A stretch of DNA of 61,959 nucleotides, counting the filler. It is 4 parts of 4 records of this genome, joined end to end, with 100 filler letters (N's around TTAATTAATTAA, not from the genome) between each part and the next. Parts side by side here need not be neighbours in the genome. Positions count along the whole stretch, not along the records: positions 50,547 to 61,959 come from SRR20825019_988; 3 more parts are not named here. One strand, given 5' to 3'. Made by a program: the position numbers and the translations under genes. Below the pieces are notes generated by a model. It was not told where the DNA came from, ran no database searches, and saw nothing but the letters and a program-made list of their open reading frames with translations. Of the stretch, positions 57,416 to 61,959 are shown one piece after another (the first letter of the stretch is position 1; every line of letters begins with the position of its first letter).

Positions 57416-58321
57416 CTATATATTACATGATTGTGACCTGCTCTTGTTTGATGGCTGTTGCCATACTAGGATCCATGATGGTGTAAGATGGGGCGACCTC
57501 TATCCATTGGACCTCCGGTTGTTCACTGCAGGAACAACACGAATGAGCGAGCTGGACATGATATCACGGTACTGGGCAAACCTCAGGAACTTTACCGCCG
57601 CCTCGGCGCTCTTCGCAGGACAGGAAGCAGTGGCCTTAGCTTTGGATGCTGCCTCGAACTGGCATTTAGGGAAGGCAGTCCGCCATCTGGAAACCACACT
57701 CTGCAAGTGCGCTTTAGCGGGCTTAGGTTGCCCATGGTCACTAAATGCTAACCTGCATCTTCTCCGTGGTTTTGTCATTATCCGAAAAGGAGTTCAGGAT
57801 ATAGAACGTAATAGTATCTCCTTTCCCGAAGTCCCCTGACTTCACACCAGGTGAGAGCTTGTATTCAGGCAAGAACTCGCCAACCCTGCCAGTAACTTTT
57901 AGCGTCAAGGGCCAAGAAAGCGATATGTTGGACGAACCAATGAACCGAGTCCACAGCTTTAAGATCACCAACCTTGCCCCAGGGGGCCAAGATGGCGAAA
58001 GCATAGTCCGGGAGATACGACCCTGTGCTTCAGTCAATATAGACAATCAATGAACATGTCGCACAGACCAAGTTTGCTTCCAGCAATTTTTTCAACTGGC
58101 TCTTTATCGGCGACTTTCATGTGACCCCGCTTAAACTGCACCAGAAAAAGCCCCATCTTGTCGTTTTCGCTGCTCGAAGTTTCTCGAACTTGGACGCCGG
58201 GATCGACATTTGTGTCGATAGTTCTGGCAAGTAGCATGATCTTGGCTCCGTCTTCGCATAAGACAGACTGGCATAAGAACGCTAGTAAAGCAACCTTGCA
58301 TACAAACTGTAGCCGAGACAT
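57416..58321 (-). CDS. Secreted protein resembling a stand-alone KP-43-type subtilase propeptide; at least 5 exons
   Basis: Signal peptide; FLVQF, GSYLPDYAF, VHWVGEFLPEYKLSP, FLSEQPEVQWIE after removing introns 58023-58068, 57886-57937, 57701-57752 and 57526-57581. Confidence 0.6.
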
Positions 58322-58439
58322 CCCAGTAGCTCTCCGATGCTACTGGCCACGGTTTAGAGTAGACCCGTAGATTTGTGACAATATATATCACACACTGGAG
58401 GAGCCCAACCAGATGCAAGAAGTCAGTGTTGACCTGAGT

Positions 58440-59330
58440 TGGGCCGGCCACGCGTGAGTTGGACTCAGCTACAGCCGGTGTGGGCCGGCTTCAGCCTGAA
58501 CTGTTGGCGTTCAACGGGACCGCACGGCCACTTCCGATGACGTAGCTCCAGGGGCCACGACCGGTTCTTGGCTGGTTCACTCGGGTCACCTCGCCGAGGA
58601 GGAGTGCCGACTGCGGCGGCCGGCTCAGGTCAGTGGCCAGGCCGGGCGCCGTAGCCGGCGACTGGCGGCCCGCAGTCGGGCCCGTTTGCCCCGGACCCGG
58701 GCGGCCCATCGGCGGGCCGCCGGGCGCCGCGCGACCTCCTTTGAGTGATTCCAATGAATTCAATGATTGGCCGGGCGGCCGTCCCGACTCGGTTCATTTG
58801 CAGTCCGCCGGGCTCCGCTCCGACGGCTGATCCGACGATCAGCCAGTCAGCAAGCACTCGGCTTCATGTCATGGTGGTCGGCGGGCCGGTCCCGCGCTTC
58901 CGCCCGGCCGGGACCACGGCCCGTCAGTGATGAGGGCGTGACGGACGCAGTTTGGACCCGAGTCGGCGGGGCCGGAGCCGCGGCCCGCCGCGTGACTGAC
59001 TGGCACTGCAGTCGGAGTGAGCCGGAGTCAGTGGCCGGCCCCGCTGGTGCCCCGGCCGCACCCCGCCGCACCCCGCCGCCACAGGGTGAGCCGGCCGGGC
59101 CCCCGGGCGGCCCCGGGGCGGTGGCAGGGCCCGGCCCGGCCGGGCCCCCCCCACTGGGCCGTCGTGACCGGCGCTCCGCCGCCCCGTCTCAGCTCGGGCT
59201 GACCGGACTCCATTGGCGGCCGCCACGGGCAGTCAGTGGTGGCATCTCCCACAGTTCTCTGACACGGGCCGCCCCCAGTAACAGCACGCCGACTGCGGCT
59301 CGGGGTCAAGCTGCCCCGACCGGTCACTGA
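58440..59330. promoter_or_regulatory. GC-rich island between divergent genes
   Basis: GTGACTGACT, GAGTCAGTGG, CAGTCAGTGG and GGTCACTGAC words in a GC-rich matrix; lies between 58321(-) and 59515(+). Confidence 0.55.
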
Positions 59331-59514
59331 CCTTGACGATACTAGACAACACTAGGTTAGTACACCGAGCAGGCACCTCACTGCAGGTCGAGTACAGTGT
59401 GCCAAGACAACTCCTTTGTAAGCAAACACTTGGAAAACCGATCGGCGGCAAAATCTACAAAAAAAATAAAAGCTTGCCTGGTTGTGAGGGCATCAGAACC
59501 CAGTCTCGGGCATA

Positions 59515-60321
59515 ATGCCAAAGTTAACACTAGATAACTTTGATGAATCTTCCGACGTCAAGCCCATCTTGAATAGCCCACGTTCGCTAGAAGCTTGCAT
59601 GAGAGTTGGGGTAACTCCAGAGGAACTGATCCGGCGACCCATCACCTACTTTCGAGGTTTGGTGAGAGGTCGTTCTGAGACCCAAGCGAAGTTACGACTA
59701 GAACACTATGAGCAGAAACGCAAGGAGAATCTAGCGACAGCAAGAGCAGAGCGAGAGAACATTGTCATGAATGAGCCTAACTTTGTGCCACTGAACAAAC
59801 TCTTTACAAATAGTCACCCCTCGCAAGCCCGAAATCCACGCCCGAAGACTGCTGCCAGCAAGGAAGTGGAAGACCCTAGTCAGTCACATGAAGTGCAGTC
59901 ACTAGTGCGTGCAGTAACAACTAAGGGCCGCTTATACCAGAGCATGTTGGATAAACTACGGAAGAGAGATAGTCGGTACGAAGAGATAGAGCTCAGTAGG
60001 AAACAGGAGATGAACCAGCGAGCAGCAGAGAGGGAGCTCAAACACCTTGAGAAGCGAGATAGTGTTGAAAAGAAACAGCGGATGGATGAGTACAACCGAC
60101 TAAAATTAATGGAGAAACTTGAACGAGAAAGGCTTCGCATTGAAAGTATACAACAAGAACAGCAGCGATTACTTAAGGAAAGAAAGGAAGCGAGATCAAA
60201 GGCTCAACGAGCCAGGGAGCAGTTGCAGGAGGAGTTGAGGAAGTCCATGATCTCTGGGCGCCCAGCAAGACTTCCAAAGGGAATGCCACCTTCAAGTGGA
60301 AGCCCTCGCCGAGGTTTGTGA
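59515..60321 (+). CDS. Hypothetical coiled-coil protein
   Basis: 268-aa ORF with N-terminal NSPRSLEACMRVGVTPEEL and an E/K/R/Q-rich helical C-terminal half. Confidence 0.75.
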   Translation: MPKLTLDNFDESSDVKPILNSPRSLEACMRVGVTPEELIRRPITYFRGLVRGRSETQAKLRLEHYEQKRKENLATARAERENIVMNEPNFVPLNKLFTNSHPSQARNPRPKTAASKEVEDPSQSHEVQSLVRAVTTKGRLYQSMLDKLRKRDSRYEEIELSRKQEMNQRAAERELKHLEKRDSVEKKQRMDEYNRLKLMEKLERERLRIESIQQEQQRLLKERKEARSKAQRAREQLQEELRKSMISGRPARLPKGMPPSSGSPRRGL

Positions 60322-60899
60322 GATGGGGTGACCGCGCGAACGTGCTGCTCGGAACACGAGAGCGGGCTCTGATTGAGGACAAAGGACACTTCGTGCCCAA
60401 ATATAACTAGGGCTCTATGAATTGGTAGTTGAGAACAGGACGGCTTTTTTGAGCTCTGGGAGTGCAGTGATTCTCACATCTGTAGGACATGGTAGTTGGG
60501 GACAACACTACTGTGACCCCACTGTGACCGTGGGCGGGTTGATCGATACTTCTTCGATGGACGGCGGCGGCGGGGCGGCGGGGCGGCGGGCAGTTTATAG
60601 CCAAACGGGAGTTCCTTTGGCCAAGTAGCCGCAGCCTGTGGCGCGAACAAGCTTGCGGAACAGGACGGCAGGCATATCGATCAACCTGCTGTTAATTTTA
60701 GAACACTCACATCATGCTGCCGACGTCAAAATAAAAGTGGTTGTAATTAAGAGTCTATGATAGAAGTCGATTAAGATCACAAAAGATACGATTCGATTCG
60801 TTGCTCGAAGCTCATCGAGCACTGACAACATTGCTGCAACCACTAGCCTCTTCACCAACCATGCGCCCCCGTATGACTGTGGCTGTCTCAATTGTGATT

Positions 60900-61440
60900 A
60901 CACCAGGCCGGCGGTGCCATCACCCTCGCCGGCACCTGACGGCGGCAGCGGCGGCGGTCTGTGACACACGGTGGGTATTGGGCCCAGCCTCACTCGGCTT
61001 GGGCGAACACGCACCATTGGCAGCCTACCGTGAACGGAGCCCTGCCGCCACTGAACACCGTCACCCACTCGGCTCCCTCGCCGCTCAGTCACCGCCTTAG
61101 TGGATGAGTACGGTGGGCCGGTTCAAGGGGGCTTCGGGCCGGCGAGTGGGCCGAGTCGGGCCCGGCGGCCGGTGTAACACCGGGGCCGGGCCGCCTGAAC
61201 ACGCCCCGGGCGCGGCCCGCGATAAACTCACGGCGGGTATTCTGTTCGGTCGCGTTGGCCGGCAGTGCCGCTTCTTGTTAAGACCTTGTCACGGTGAGGT
61301 GTTAACAGAGGGCACTCTCGGTGTCATACAACGAGCGGTGCGTGCCGTCTGCCGGCCCTGACGGAAGCATGAACCAGTTTGAACCTAACCAGTCTTACGA
61401 CGCCACAGTCCGTCAGCCATTTTGTGGGCGGCCTGGCCGA
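60900..61440. promoter_or_regulatory. GC-rich island upstream of the last gene
   Basis: Same CCGG-rich composition with CTCAGTCAC/CGTCAC words. Confidence 0.4.
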
Positions 61441-61692
61441 AAGTTGCGGCCCGGGCAGTCACGGGCAGGCCGTATCATACAACACAAGCCCCCGCAGCAC
61501 TGCCCTTTCAATTTTCTCCAGCACTTGGCCGTTAATGCTCGTTGTTGGCAATCCACATAAGTAAAAAGCCCACCTTTCTGTACAAAGTGGTACACAAGGT
61601 TGATATACATAATTATTGAGTTGGACTGTTCAAGCCGAGTTATATCGTGGTAGATTTGTAAAAACTTGCTGCAAGGTAGCTTGGTGTTGAGT

Positions 61693-61959
61693 ATGCTTGT
61701 AATGGCAGACGCACGTGAGGACACCAATATGTCTGAAGTTGTACAGAACCCAACACAACCTGCAGTTGCCTTACAAACAACGTCCCCAGCTAACCCTGAA
61801 ACTTCTGCTGTTGTCTCCGGCCGTCCAGTTAACAATGCCGCTGGCCATACAGCTGATACTACACTTAGGCCAATGAGCGAAACACCTACCCAACCCGTTC
61901 TACCAGCTGCATTGGAGTCTAGTGGCAGTGATAGTGAGGAAGAGAGCGAAGATCTAGAT
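61693..61959 (+). CDS. Start of a hypothetical protein (runs off the window)
   Basis: Open frame (MLV)MADAREDTNMSEVVQNP...SGSDSEEESEDLD to the last base. Confidence 0.55.
   Translation, partial: MLVMADAREDTNMSEVVQNPTQPAVALQTTSPANPETSAVVSGRPVNNAAGHTADTTLRPMSETPTQPVLPAALESSGSDSEEESEDLD

Noticed and set aside
58491-59330. Many Pro/Arg/Gly-rich ORFs in the GC islands (also 25525-26396, 29569-30706, 55503-56153)
   Set aside because: Stop-codon depletion in GC-rich low-complexity DNA; they overlap in all frames with no domain signal.

Overview
This window is not one locus. It is four unrelated contigs joined by three artificial 100-bp spacers (N44-TTAATTAATTAA-N44). (1) 1-21925 is a GC-rich, probably alphaproteobacterial contig. 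It holds the 3' end of a multiheme cytochrome c, an atypical heme/iron-uptake operon (TonB-dependent receptor, SbmA/YddA-type ABC, HutX/HemS-like, ChaN-like), a divergent ABC transporter, and the 3' half of an NRPS cluster: ...T-E-C-A(Thr)-T-C, a separate A(Val)-T-TE, TEII, a TPR/GT9-like glycosyltransferase, an FkbM methyltransferase with an odd Cys/His N-terminal domain, and a Dab aminotransferase. (2) 22026-39730 and (4) 50547-61959 are gene-dense eukaryotic (protist-like) contigs, probably from one organism. They have uniform 44-56 nt GT-AG introns and very GC-rich islands, mostly at divergent gene starts. Genes include a DUF900-like hydrolase, a calmodulin-like+IQ protein, a signal-peptide methyltransferase, MFSD5/MOT2, an Sfi1-repeat protein, a DP transcription factor, an SDR, an ankyrin protein and a stand-alone subtilase propeptide. 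(3) 39831-50446 is an ordinary Flavobacteriaceae-type housekeeping region (sprA, gcvH, VanZ, TonB, cyoE, two cytochrome oxidase subunit III genes). All family calls come from motif recognition by eye; no database searches were run.
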